From assembly GCA_026025795.1 (NCBI GenBank), contig JAPEUG010000061.1:1-62602 (forward strand): a DNA stretch of 62,602 nt, in the 5' to 3' direction. The stretch is from Thelocarpon superellum (taxonomy: Eukaryota). Of this stretch, positions 24,105 to 36,030 are shown one piece after another (positions within the stretch are counted from its first letter, which is position 1; every line of letters begins with the position of its first letter). The notes below the pieces were generated by a model. The model did no database searches. It saw only the letters and a list, made by a program, of their open reading frames with translations, and was not told where the DNA came from. The position numbers were made by a program, and so were the translations under genes.

Positions 24105-25876
24105 TCAACTGAGCCCCATCTCTGCGTCGTCGCCGACGCCCCAATCGCCATCGCGATCCTGCCGGAGTCGCACCGCAGGATGATCTTCCTCACCGCCCGT
24201 CGGCGGAGAGCTGCCCATTTCGATCTCGGTGCTGCTATTTCTATTGCTATTGCCATTGAGATGAGAGTTGCTGTTGCCCGTGTTGCTCACGTTACTGTTG
24301 TTGCTGCCTCGCCGCCCGCCGTTCTTGCCGCCGCCGCGGAACCAGCTTCTTTTGCGTCCCGTGCTGGCGCTACTGTCGTCTTTGTCTTTGGTAATATCGG
24401 GGTTCGTGGAGGAGTCTTGTAGCGCTGAGTTGGCGTCGTTTGCTTGCGCGGACGGCGTTGAGGTCAGCTCGACCAGTTCCGCGTCACGGTACCATTTCCG
24501 TCGTCGTGTGTATCGACCCCAGCCATCTAGCCCGCGCCGGCCGTCTCGCCACTGTGTCGCGTCAGATTGAAAGGTTGGCGAAGGTGACGATGGAGGCAGT
24601 GTCTTACCTTGTTGTCATAGTAGATCCATCCGCCTTCGCGAACGCCAGGATCTGCTTCATTCTTCGCGGCCTTTCCGCCACCCTCTTCGCCGTCCACAGC
24701 TCCTTCGACCTGCCATTCGCTCCCGTCGGCCCAGCGCCATTTTGCGTTCTCTCCCTCCACCACGGGAAGCTCAAACTCGTCTTTGCTGGGAGACGGATTG
24801 AGATGCTCGTCCGTCCAGGGAGTGCGCTCGTAGGCAAACAGCGATTGCGTCCACCCAAGGCCTAGCCATCGTCGCTGATTCTCGTAGATGATGAAGGTGA
24901 AGCGCACATCGGCGGAGCCAAGTCGTTTCCTGGCTGCCATGGCCGCCGCCGAATCATTCACGTTGCGGGACTGGAGAGGAGACGATGGATTCTGCGCCTT
25001 GGATCGTGTGACTAGATCAGGATCAGGACCATCACCGAAACTCAGCCCCGTCACGGTCGAGCAGAGCTGTCGAAAGAGCATCGAGCGCCAGAGGATAGCC
25101 CGTCCCACTCGCGCTGGGCGCGAATGCCAGCTGAGTGCGTAGGTGCCAAGGCTGAGCACCACCCACCTGGTCGTGATGAGCTGCAACGGCGGGAGAGTCA
25201 AGATCAGCCAGAAGGGCGTCAACATCAGGATGCGGATGAGGAGCGTCGTCAGCGCGGGTCGCGTTGTTGCCGAGGTTGCGGACTGTTGGGTGGCGAGCAT
25301 CTCCGTGAGACGGCGGAAGGGTTCGAGCAGCAGATTGCATCGCGAGGTGAACTCGTTCAACGTTTCCACAATCTCGTCGAGACTCTTCTGGTGCTGAGTC
25401 TTGCCTTCGGCCGCATCGTCTCTCGACTTCCCGTCTACCTTGGCCTGGGCTCCCGGCCAGCTACCGGACATGAGAGGTGAATATCGCCGCGAGTACATGC
25501 CCAGGATCAGGGCGCCGACGATGGCCACCGGCCCTCCCAGTCGGACGACGACATCGCCGTAGAGCACCACCGCCCAGAAGACGGCGATGACCAGAAAACT
25601 TTCCCATGCATCGCCGCCTGTCCACGAGAGGACTCCGGCGACGTGATTGAGCGGGAGCAAGAAGGGGTGGGAGTATGCCAGGGCGCGAGTGATCTGCGGC
25701 GGGGTCGCGACGAGAAGCGGAGACTTTCGCCGGACTAGCACGGTGGTGCGGCGATTCAAGTTGGTCGGCGCTCGTGCAGGTGATGAAGGAGAAAAGGCGG
25801 CGGTGGTCGCGGGGCTGGCATCGGACACGGCATTGGTGGGGCCGCCGTCCGACGCCGGGGGAGGGGCAGCCGACAT
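24105..25876 (-). CDS. integral peroxisomal membrane peroxin, Pex23/Pex30 family (reticulon-like plus dysferlin domain)
   Basis: SPLLVATPPQITRAL, YENQRRWLGLGW, GWIYYDNK|WRDGRRGLDGWGRYTRRRKWYRDAELVE. Intron 24607-24552. A tiny upstream exon (ATG 25947, intron 25943-25897, giving MHTPWIDS…) is possible. Confidence 0.85.
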
Positions 25877-26784
25877 GGAATCTATCCAAGGCGTGTCTAG
25901 GAGAGAGGTCAGATGCTAGGACTCGGCCAGATCTCCGGCGGACGCATGGACTCTGCAGGACCTCGTCGTAGTTTGCGGGTGATTGAAAGGGGCCGGGCAA
26001 GGTAAAGAAGGAAGCATTGAAGAAGATGGTGGGGACAAACCAACGGCGGCCATCAACACAACCACGTCATTTCACGCAAGATGGGCCCCAAGCCTTGCGA
26101 AGAATCATGCCGGCTACACAAGGCGCGAGGGACGGAAGGTGATCAGATGCAGCCCCTGGTCAAGTCACGGACGATAAGTTATCCGGACGAACGGTTCACT
26201 TGCTACCTCCAAGAGCCAGTCAGTGTCCGTGGCGTCGAGCGGCGGCCTGCTACCGTAGCACGGTCACACGGTAGCGATGCTCGGGCATGCGCACGACACT
26301 GTTGATTTCAACGCCGATTGGCCTCGGCCCGCTTGTCAGCCCTTTGGCGTGGGGCCTGGCTTGAGCACATGCGTCTGCACACGGTCTCAATTAGTTCGAG
26401 GCTCACTACGGTGCGCCACCTGGACCACTTGCCGCGCATCTGGAAGGTCATTCAAGGTTGATATGGGAAATATCGTCCAGTTCTCAGGCGCTTCTACCGG
26501 TGCTCTTGATCCCGAGGGAAGGGGAGAAGTGATCAATCACCGGTCAACGTGTTGCACCAGGTACAGAGACTCGTAGACTGCCCCGAGCAAGGAAGTCGAG
26601 GGTCGGGCGTTCTTGACCTCGCGGCGGGCTTCTTCACGTGACGAGTCGGTCTCGCGCTACGTCGCTTGTCGTCGAGCGCCAGGAAAAAGTCTCGGGAGGC
26701 AACTGACGACGGAGCATTGACATCGTCGACGCACTGCGGCCTGCTGCGACGGACGATCGCGCGGTCCTGCTGTCACGTCCTCCC

Positions 26785-27305
26785 ATGGTAGGTCGATGCC
26801 ACCACAGTGTCGCCGCCCCTCCCAGCGCCAGAATCTCCGTCTCCTAGTTTCATATGGCATCGGGCTCTAACGTGTTCTGTCCGTCTAGGCACATCGGATC
26901 ATTGCTCAGATCGTCTTCGTGGGCTCGCGCGTCGTCGGCCGAGCCTTCACAGAAGCCTACCGACAAGCTGCAGCGTCGCAGAAGTATGCCGCGCAGGCAG
27001 CGAAGAACAACCCCAACGCCGCCAATAACCTCGCCGCGTCCGGTCTGACGCTGGACGAGGCGTGCAAGATCCTCAACGTCAAACCGCCCAAGGGCGGCCA
27101 AACCAATCTCGAGGACGTCACGGCCCGATTCAAGCGACTTTTCGACGTAAACGATCCACAGAAGGGCGGAAGCTTCTACCTACAGAGCAAGATTCTGAGG
27201 GCCCGCGAACGCCTCGAGATGGAGGTCCAGGAAGCGGAGAGGGCGGCACAGCGGGAACAAGAGTTGAACGATGGGTGGAAGCCAAAGGTCTACAAAGACC
27301 GATAG
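26785..27305 (+). CDS. PAM16: mitochondrial import motor subunit Pam16/Tim16
   Basis: ATG-only first exon, intron 26788-26888, then AHRIIAQIVFVGSRVVGRAFTEAYRQA…LTLDEACKILNV…GGSFYLQSKILRARERL. Confidence 0.95.
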
Positions 27306-27745
27306 CGTTCTCCTCGCTACTCTACGCACGAGCTTGCGCGAGACGGCTACGCGGCCTGGATCTTCTTCGGAGTTGCATCTGCTTTGACGCCGAGTCATTT
27401 CGCATCAGCCGGGCGTTGGGTGGGTCCACAGGGATAGACGTCGAGGAGACCTGACGTCCGAAAGAAGGGCCTGCGTGCTGGTTTCAGATCGGCAACTCTC
27501 TCCTCCATTTAATGTACCATACCACTTCAGCCTCATGTCTCGTCATTCGGGGGCGGCTCGTTCCTCTAGCATCCGGTGCTGGGGTCATGTACATATCAGA
27601 GCTAGGAAATAGCAACCACAGACGCCCCTAAGCTCAACGAGCCCACGCTGACCGTACGCCCTGAAGCACGCTGAAGTGTCTAAGTCACCTGCTCAAGACC
27701 GGAGAAAGGACGCACGCGGCTCGCGAGGACGTGGCGATCATCCGC

Positions 27746-28381
27746 CTACTCCGTCCGCGTCTTGCCGTGGTAGCGATCGGCGAGCGGCTTGGGCGTGTAC
27801 TCTTCATATATCGGCTTGAAACCGAGCAGAAGACCGAGGAGCGCTGCCAGAGCCAAGACGACATGTGTAATCCAATATGCAGCGAATCCATCGACGAAGA
27901 CCGGGTAGTTGTCATGTCCGTGGAAGATGACCAAGAGCTGCAGCATCAACCATGGCTTGCCAAAGGTGCCGTCCAGATTCGGTTCAAGTAGGACGGAAGC
28001 CAGATTCCTGAAGAATACTTCTTTTTGGCCGTCCATTGGTGTGGTCCACTCCTTGACGACCAAGTCTTCATCCAAGCCTTGGCGGCCGCCCACCAGCTCG
28101 ACGTCCGTTGCCTTCCACCACTCATGTTGTTCGTAGGGCTCGATGCGTACTGGCGGACTTCCTGCCGAGAGAACCTGGGCTCGCCCGGCGATTGTGATCG
28201 ACGCCTGGCCTTGGATGACCTCGAGAAACTCTGTATGGGTTTCATGCCAATGAAGGCCCGATGTCCAGTCGGAGCCGACGGGAACGGTGATGGTGATTAC
28301 AGCGTGTGAGTTTTCAAAGGCGATCGTTGCTTGTTTGGGACGAGCAAACGACTTTGCGTCGCTGGTCACGGTGCGAGTCAT
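27746..28381 (-). CDS. cupin-domain protein (211 aa) with hydrophobic C-terminus
   Basis: Cupin motif 1 GLHWHETHTEFLEVIQG and motif 2 IEPYEQHEW; intronless ORF. Confidence 0.75.
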   Translation of the reverse strand: MTRTVTSDAKSFARPKQATIAFENSHAVITITVPVGSDWTSGLHWHETHTEFLEVIQGQASITIAGRAQVLSAGSPPVRIEPYEQHEWWKATDVELVGGRQGLDEDLVVKEWTTPMDGQKEVFFRNLASVLLEPNLDGTFGKPWLMLQLLVIFHGHDNYPVFVDGFAAYWITHVVLALAALLGLLLGFKPIYEEYTPKPLADRYHGKTRTE

Positions 28382-29810
28382 GGCGGCGACGGTTGTGATC
28401 GATCGAGATGAGCGGGGAGAGGAGGCGGAGTCGAAATGGATGATCCAGTGCCAGCAGGACAGTGATCCAGATGGCGAGAGTTATGGAGAGCGCAACATGA
28501 TGGAGAGGTAAGGATTCGTGAGAGTTCGAGATATAGGATGTCAGCTGGTCAACAATGTCACGCTTTTGCCAAACTTCGAAAGGGTCAAATCATGAATGAT
28601 CCCAAGGCTGCAGGACACAGCTGACAGGCATACAAGCTATGTCAGTCCACGTGATCCTCCTCTAACGAGAGTGCCCACCGGTCCTACAACTGTAGCCTAG
28701 ACCAACTGTAGTATTCCGAGCGTTGAGAAGAATGGATGGAATTGCGCATGCCAATGTGCTGGTCTGATTCGTATTCTTGAACGATTGTGTACACGTGTAA
28801 AGATAGTGATTTCTCTTCCAAGCTCGACCGGGAGGTCGAGCAGGCGGGAAGGGTTGAGGAGCGATCTTGGCGATTGATCCGCACGCTGCCCAGCTCAAGG
28901 CTGCCACTTATCCGTCTCTTCACCGCCTCCACCAGGCTCGCACGGGCCATGTCGGGCGCATTTGGCAGCGGCGTGACCTGCCCAACCCAGGACGAGGTCC
29001 CCGGAGCCTGGCAGCCATCGGGGCCATGCGACCGATTGGCGCAATCATTATGGTGCCGTCGCACTCGCGGCTCGGATGCATGGCGCCATCGCTCCCCTAG
29101 CTGGATGAAGCGGGGCGGTATGCGCAACATGACTTAGGGCCCGCGCGCGTCTGACTATTCGAGTGTCTTACCCACTGTTGCGCGGCTCGCCACCGCCCGG
29201 TAGGTAGCCGATGCAGGGTCCGGAGCTGCCAGGTTCGACGCGTTAGGTGATGTACCCGCGCCGTCTGAGCTCCGGCATCTTCTCCGGTTCTCGCCGTCGC
29301 GTCGGAGAGAGAAGCGTTCCGATGCCCCGATATCAAACTCTGCGATCCCTCATCTGCGCCTGCCACGGCCTGATCGAGCACGTCATGACGCATCCGATCC
29401 TAACACTGTTGTCATGAGCGGCCCCGCCTGCAGGCAGACTGAGTACTACGCAGTGCGGAGTAAGCCAAGACATGGCATCGGCCGTCCCTCTAGCAGCGCG
29501 CTTCGGGCGCACCGTCCACCAGCATCAACCCGTCTGGCCCATGGCGCCCCCCCACACCCCCCGTCCTCCCTGACCAAGGACGCCTCGTCTCCCACTCGGG
29601 CACCGGTCGCGCGACTAACGCATCACAATGGGGCCGGGCTAGACCGCGTAGCGCAGGCACCGTGGGGCCTGTCCACGAATATTTATTGACGACCTGCACG
29701 CCAGCTTTCAAGGGTCGCCCCGCCGTCATCGATCCGAGCGCACTGCTGTCTGTGACGACGAGCTTCCCAGCCGTTGCGCCCGCCCTGTCGTCGCCCGTGG
29801 ATCCGTCAAC

Positions 29811-31094
29811 ATGGCGCGACCAGGGGTACCGCTGTCCGCTGTCCTGCCGCCGCTGATCTGTGGCACGGCGACGTTTAACTCCCAGTACAACCGCGATCCA
29901 TACGCGTTGCCCACGACGGCCATCGTCCATCGCGCCCTGTCGCTCGGCATCCGTGCCTTTGACACGTCGCCCTACTACGGTCCGGCCGAGGAGCTGTTGG
30001 GTCAGGCTCTCGACACTGACCGGGTGCGCGACCACTTCCCCCGGCAGGACTATTTTCTCCAGACCAAGGTCGGGCGCATCGCCGGGTCCGAGTTCGACTA
30101 CTCGCCCGCGTGGGTGCGCTACAGCGTGCAACGGAGCCTCAGCCGGCTGCACACCGACTACCTGGACGTCGTCTATTGCCATGATGTCGAGTTCGTCTCG
30201 GCGGACGAGGTGCTGGCCGCCGTGCGCGAGTTGCGCCAGATCCGCGACCGGACGGCACAGGTCCACTACATTGGCATCTCTGGGTATCCGATCTCCGTGC
30301 TCGGCGAGCTGGCGGAGCTGGTCTTGCGCGAGACAGGCGAACCGCTGGATGCTGTCATGTCTTACGCCAACTTCACGCTGCAAAACATGACGCTGCGTAC
30401 CGAAGGCCTTGCCCGCTTCGTGGCGGCCGGGGTTGACGTTGTGTCGAATGCGTCGCTCCTCGGCATGGGCCTGCTTCGCCGTGAGGGCGTTCCCGTCGGC
30501 GGCCAGGGCGACTTTCACCCAGCCCCCGACGGCCTGCGCAAGGCGTGTCGCCACGCGAGCGCCTACTGCGATTCTCAAGGCGAGAAGCTCGAGGTGGTGG
30601 CCATCCGCTTTGCCCTCGAGCACTGGCTGCGGGAGGGCGAGGTGGTTGGATCCAGCGGCGACCCGGCCTCGGGCATCCCCTGGACCCGCGCTCCGAGCGA
30701 GGGGACCCGTCGGCCCAAGCTCGGAGTGAGCGTGATGGGCGTTAGCTTCATCGAGGAGCTCGACGAGACGATGCGCGTGTGGCGCAGTGTGCTGGACGGT
30801 ATTGAGGACGGCGAGCAGGGAGCCCTGACGGCCGGACGGCGGACGTTGGATCACGAATGGAGCCTGCGACGACGACAGGAGGTGATCAAGCTCGCACAAG
30901 GCGTCCGGGATACTCTTGGCGTTTGGGTAGACCAAGCCTGGCTGAGTCCCGGCGCGGACTACGTCAATGTCCGGACCCTTCCGGTCGCCCCTGTCGGCGC
31001 CATCTCGTCCGCCAAGGCACCCGCACCAACCCACTCCCCGACCCGCAGATCAGACGCTCCTGAGATGGGTGCGCAAAGGAGCAGTCGATTGTAA
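29811..31094 (+). CDS. aldo-keto reductase, D-arabinose/L-galactose dehydrogenase (Ara2-like)
   Basis: AFDTSPYYG, QTKVGR, SLSRLHTDYLDVVYCHDVEF, IGISGYP; ends in SRL. Confidence 0.85.
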   Translation: MARPGVPLSAVLPPLICGTATFNSQYNRDPYALPTTAIVHRALSLGIRAFDTSPYYGPAEELLGQALDTDRVRDHFPRQDYFLQTKVGRIAGSEFDYSPAWVRYSVQRSLSRLHTDYLDVVYCHDVEFVSADEVLAAVRELRQIRDRTAQVHYIGISGYPISVLGELAELVLRETGEPLDAVMSYANFTLQNMTLRTEGLARFVAAGVDVVSNASLLGMGLLRREGVPVGGQGDFHPAPDGLRKACRHASAYCDSQGEKLEVVAIRFALEHWLREGEVVGSSGDPASGIPWTRAPSEGTRRPKLGVSVMGVSFIEELDETMRVWRSVLDGIEDGEQGALTAGRRTLDHEWSLRRRQEVIKLAQGVRDTLGVWVDQAWLSPGADYVNVRTLPVAPVGAISSAKAPAPTHSPTRRSDAPEMGAQRSSRL

Positions 31095-32683
31095 CATGAA
31101 GCGTCTGGGCGTTTAGCATCTCGACCGCGACGGTCCGAGCATGGCAGCATGGCAGAGGACGAGCTAGATCCTTTACGAACGCGGTATCAAGCAGACATCC
31201 TGCCTTCTGGGATCATCCAGTACACGGGCACGGCTAACAGTACTCTAGTAGTAGTACTAGTAGTACTGCGACTGCTCTAGCAGAGGAACGAGAAAGGCCA
31301 TGCGCCTCGTCAGATGGTGCAACTTAGCCGGGGTGAAAGTCGTGTATTGATCTGCCGAGGTCTCCCGATACTGTGGTATCTCTCGACCCTTTTCCCAGGC
31401 TTGCACCCGATCGATTATCGTCGCCTGACTCATCCGCTCGGTAGACGGCTCCCGCGTCATTGGTCATTCGAGCATGACAGCTCCAATCCACCGCGCCATG
31501 CGGCGCTGCGAGGCCAGCACGCATGCGGTCGTACGGTCGGACCAGCTCCAGACTGCTTTCTTCGCCTGCGCCGTTTGCAGAGCTTCCAGCCTGGTTGGCC
31601 GCGACATGATCATTTCCATCGGTTGCGCCGTGGTCGTGTGACTCAGCCGCCGCACCCTTCTCGCCTACTAGGATACTATGGTGCAGCCAACTCGACCTTG
31701 CCATCTTGATGGAGGCGGTATGGTCACGGTCACGGGCGCCGTCACAGGACCCATCGATGGGCACCCCGAAGATAACAGTAACACGGCTATCCTGCCCGCG
31801 AAGCTGTGAAGCTCCAGTGCCGCTAGAAACGGGCCAGGCCGTTGGTTTGGGCGAAGTCGGAGGCGAAGGCTCATACCCAAGGGTAGCCCAGGTCCGGGGA
31901 GGAAGTGGTACGAGTCGTAATTTCATCCCACGTACGAGTACGGCAGCAATTTCCACTGCACGACAGAGCTCCGAATCTAGACCTCTGCTCATTCAAAATC
32001 CCCAGGGGACACTTACCCGGTCGTACCTACTGGCCGGTACTGGTACCTCTCAATTCCAGCTGTAGCGAGTCGGAGTGAAACGCAGGGGCTGGGCAGCTGT
32101 CCTCAGCGTGAGGGCGACCCCCACCACCGACCGTTTTGATCTCGTCCCCCGCTGAGTTTAACGGTCGATCCCCAGTCACGGCCCTCCGCACCGCAACTAC
32201 GACGATCCAAGTAACGGTACGCACGACCTCGTACTGCAGCAAGCCGAGTAATCCCTCTCCGGCACACGCTCCCCCTACTATCTCGACCTATTCATTGCTC
32301 GGCAATCACATCGCTTTGATCCCTACTCTCAATCTCAATGGTGTGCGATGGTCACGCGGCTCATGGGGGCTGATGGTTCATACCGCTGTGCGCGCACGCA
32401 ATAATCTGCCATCGGTGCAGCGTGGGTGGCACAGCGCTGGCGGACCTTGCTTCACCCTGCCTTGACCGCCGTCGTCCAGCTTACCTGCCCGCGCCGTGCT
32501 CCCAGCGTCCACACCCGTCGGCCGCGATCGCTCTCGCCACGTCCACGGTTGCCCAACCGCCATCACCGGCGTCTTTGACGCGTGGTGCAGTTCGACCTTC
32601 AAGAAAGGCGCTCCCTGCCCATTTACCGTCTCCTCAGGCCCAGGTGACGGTGGGCACGCTGGACAGCAGAGCCGCATCGCATC

Positions 32684-35247
32684 ATGGGTAACTCGTCCAC
32701 GAAGGAGCAACGGCCGTCTGCGCCTCACCTGCAAGCGCCGCCGGGGCCCTTCCGGCGCCATGGAGCCGGTCCACCCTCACCGACCAGCGGTGCATCGCCT
32801 CCGCTACGCCCATCAGATCGAACCGCCTCGCCCTCCCGCCACGGGCGACGCAGCGGCAGCCGGCCCGAGCTCTCTTTTCTCGGGCTCGGCGGCGGGATGG
32901 ATAGCGACACGGCTGGCTTAGAGGTTCGTCGAGAGACCAAGCAAGAACGAGAAGCTCGTCGGGCGGAACGCGAGCGGGTGGCGCGGGAGAAAGAACGCGT
33001 TCGAAGCATGAGAGACGAGAGCGTCGACGGTGGTTACCTTGTCACTCAGGGCGTCTACACGGGCACCGAGGACTTTAGCAAGTCCACTGTGCGCCAGCTG
33101 ATGGTAAGCTCCTCTGCGATGTCTGAACCACGGGGGAACATGAAGCTGATCGCCTGCCTTAGATCGAGCGCCGTATCGCCCCCTTCTGGAGAGGGCTGAA
33201 CGAACACTCGTCGTCCTGGAAGGACCATCAATTGGTGTGTGCAGCGCGGGGCCAGCCGATCCCACTCGCCGATCCAAGTCCCACGGGTGGGCCGTTGTCG
33301 CCGCTGCCTACAGTCACACCGGATATAACGGGGTTGAACGAGACGTCTCCCGGCTTGAACATCCCCGTCGCTGCGCGATCTCACGCACATCCGTCGGACG
33401 GACTTTCTACGTCGTCGCCATCACGCGTTCCCTTCTCGCAGCCGGCGCCGACATCCCCATTGGGTCTGAGTGCCCCCCCCTCCTCGCCCTTCCGGCCTCG
33501 GTCGAAGACAGCGGCGACGCTGACGTCACTGTCCAAAAATCATGCGCCGGGCGATATGACGCCCTACGAGGTCCCCCTGCCACCGGGCCCTCTGGTTGAG
33601 GGACGTCCGATCGAGGTCGTGCTGTACAAGGATGCCGCGGAATGTCCCATCTGCTTCCTCTACTATCCGCCCCATCTCAACCGGACCCGCTGTTGCGACC
33701 AGCCCATCTGTTCCGAATGCTTCGTGCAGATCAAGCGACCTGACCCCCATCCGCCGGAGCATATTGATCCCACCTCGCCATCATCGGGTGCCGACCAGGA
33801 GCGTGGCGCCGCGCCCGACGGAACGCTGGTCTCCGAGCCGGCCGGCTGCCCTTTTTGCGTGCAGCCGGAGTTCGGCATCACATATGAGCCCCCCACGTTT
33901 CGACGAGGCCTCACCTACGGCAGTCCACCCCACGCCCAACCTCTGTCGCGCACCGCGTCGGGCCTGTCGGAAAGCTCGTCTCGGTCCTCGGCATCGGGCA
34001 ACGCGGTGGGCACCGGCGGGACATCGTCGCTCGGAGCGCCGGCCCGGCGGCGAACGACATCGCTTTCGGTCAACGATGCAAGCGTGGTGACGACGGACAA
34101 GATCCGTCCCGATTGGATGCAGAAGCTCGCCAGCGCCAAGGCCCAAGCGGCCCGGCGGGCCGCGGCCGCGACGGCCTTGCACACCGCTGCCTACCTGATG
34201 GGGAACGGGAACGGGTCTGAGAGTCGAGGGTTCGGCACTTTCGGCCGGCGCCATCGGTCGATGCCACGATCCACGTCCGGGGATGGGTCGCACGGTACGG
34301 GCGTGCCGGTGAACGCCACCAATATGAGTGCCCTCGTCTCCCTGGCCGATCGCCAGAGTGGACTTCCACGTCGCGGCGAGAGCCAGGGAGAACGAGCACC
34401 AGCCGAGTCATCGAGCCGGCGTGCCCGGATGGATGACCTGGAAGAGATGATGATGATGGAGGCGATCCGTCTGAGCCTGGCGTCGGAAGAGGAGCGGAAG
34501 AAGAAGGAAGACAAGGATGCCAAGAAAGAGGCCAAGAAGAAAGCCAAGGAGCAGAAGCGTGAGGAGAAGGTCACGAAGCGGGGGCCCGCTGAGGAAGGCT
34601 TCCCCGACGTGGCGGTACGATCGAGTGCCCCCATGAGTCCGTTGATGCGCGCCGACGACGTGCTGGCGGGCAAGGGAAAGAGCGTCGATCGGGCCAGCCC
34701 GGCGCCACCCTTGTCTCTCGGGGCGGGCAGCGTGCTGTCGGGATCCGTACCGGCCCTGCTACCGCCGGAGCCGCTTGCGAGCCAACTCCACCCCCGCGAT
34801 GCCCTCCATCACGCCTCGCAGGCAGGGTCAGAAGTGCGGCGGCCCTCACATCTGCGGCAGGTGTCCAATACGTCGTCGACGGCCTCGTCCATCATCGACC
34901 ACTTCCCGCCTTCGTCCAAGCACGACCTCAGCGGATCGAACTCATCCTTTGACGTCTCGCCCAATGCCAGCGGCGTCAATGTCGCGCACGGGGTGGACAC
35001 GGGCACGCCCTCACCTCCGGCGGGCGGAACGCCAGTCGAGTCGCTGTTCAACTTCCAGAGCTTGGCGGCCATGATTGGCAAGGATCAGCCCTGGATCGAG
35101 ACTGAGCAGGTGGATCACACGCCCGACGAGCCACGTCCTGAGCCGACGGCGACCGCTGCCCCTTCCGATGTGCCGCCATCGTCGACAACCTCCCACGGCG
35201 GCAACGCGCAAGCCACAGCACAGGCGGTCAAGACGGAACCGCTCTAG
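32684..35247 (+). CDS. SIP5: Sip5, Snf1/Reg1-interacting RING-like protein (2 exons)
   Basis: MGNSSTK start, [12 protein letters not shown], intron 33104-33162 giving [23 protein letters not shown]…[17 protein letters not shown]…[14 protein letters not shown]. Confidence 0.9.
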
Positions 35248-36030
35248 ACGGGGCGTGCCTCGATGGGAGAGAGGCATGCGCTTAGGAGGAACGAATGGAG
35301 GCATGGGGATTGGCGCTGGGTGATGTTTCCCGTATCCGTTCCTTTCTTCACCGGTGCAGGCGGAACCCAGGCGGCGTAATTGGGACTGAGTCACGGCGCC
35401 AGGGACGGAGCATATGTGAGATAGAAGTCTCGGGCGGCCTTGTACATTCGGTACAGATGGCACGCGTCCAACTTGGGCATGACGGATGATCCTCCCCGAG
35501 TTCTGTGCTAAGAGACGGGAATCCACGACGGCTGTCTGTAGAGGATAGGGTTTCTCCGCCTATCCAAGAAGCGGCTGCCATTAGACACCGCCCCACCCGA
35601 TTAACAAGCTCCCACTCAACCACGACGGATAGGCAGTACGAACTACGTAGTGTTTGGGTCGAAGATGCGGGACGAGATGGAGGCCGGAGCCGGGAGCCCG
35701 GAGAGCGAAGGCTGGGGAACGAGGATCTGACTAATCCGCGGCCTGTTGCGACACCCGTAGGTATTCATCAGCATTACTGACGGGTGACAGTTCCCCGTCC
35801 GATGGCATCGTCTAGAAGCGACTGCGACGAAGTGGACCCGGGTGGCTTGCATGACATTCGCCACGTGCAGCAGCACCACCGCCCAAGGTTCGCATGGTGA
35901 TGTAGTGAAATGGATCATCTCCATAGCAGTCCGTCCTGCGCCTTGCGATGTATCTCAACATGTTGCCGTAGCTGATCGAGTTTCTTGCTTCTTGCTTCGT
36001 GCCTCTTGCTCGCCCGTCTCTCTTGGCGGG

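Noticed and set aside
29490..31034. 514-aa antisense ORF opposite the aldo-keto reductase
   Set aside because: Codon-mirrored shadow of a GC3-rich gene.
31238..31268. TAG/TAC-rich palindromic patch as a RIP-mutated transposon relic
   Set aside because: Only about 30 bp of (TAG)n-type microsatellite; no transposon ORF, terminal repeats or extended AT-rich block.
35842..36030. N-terminal extension of the Ufd1-domain ORF
   Set aside because: Reads like leader sequence; the recognisable protein begins at ATG 36031.
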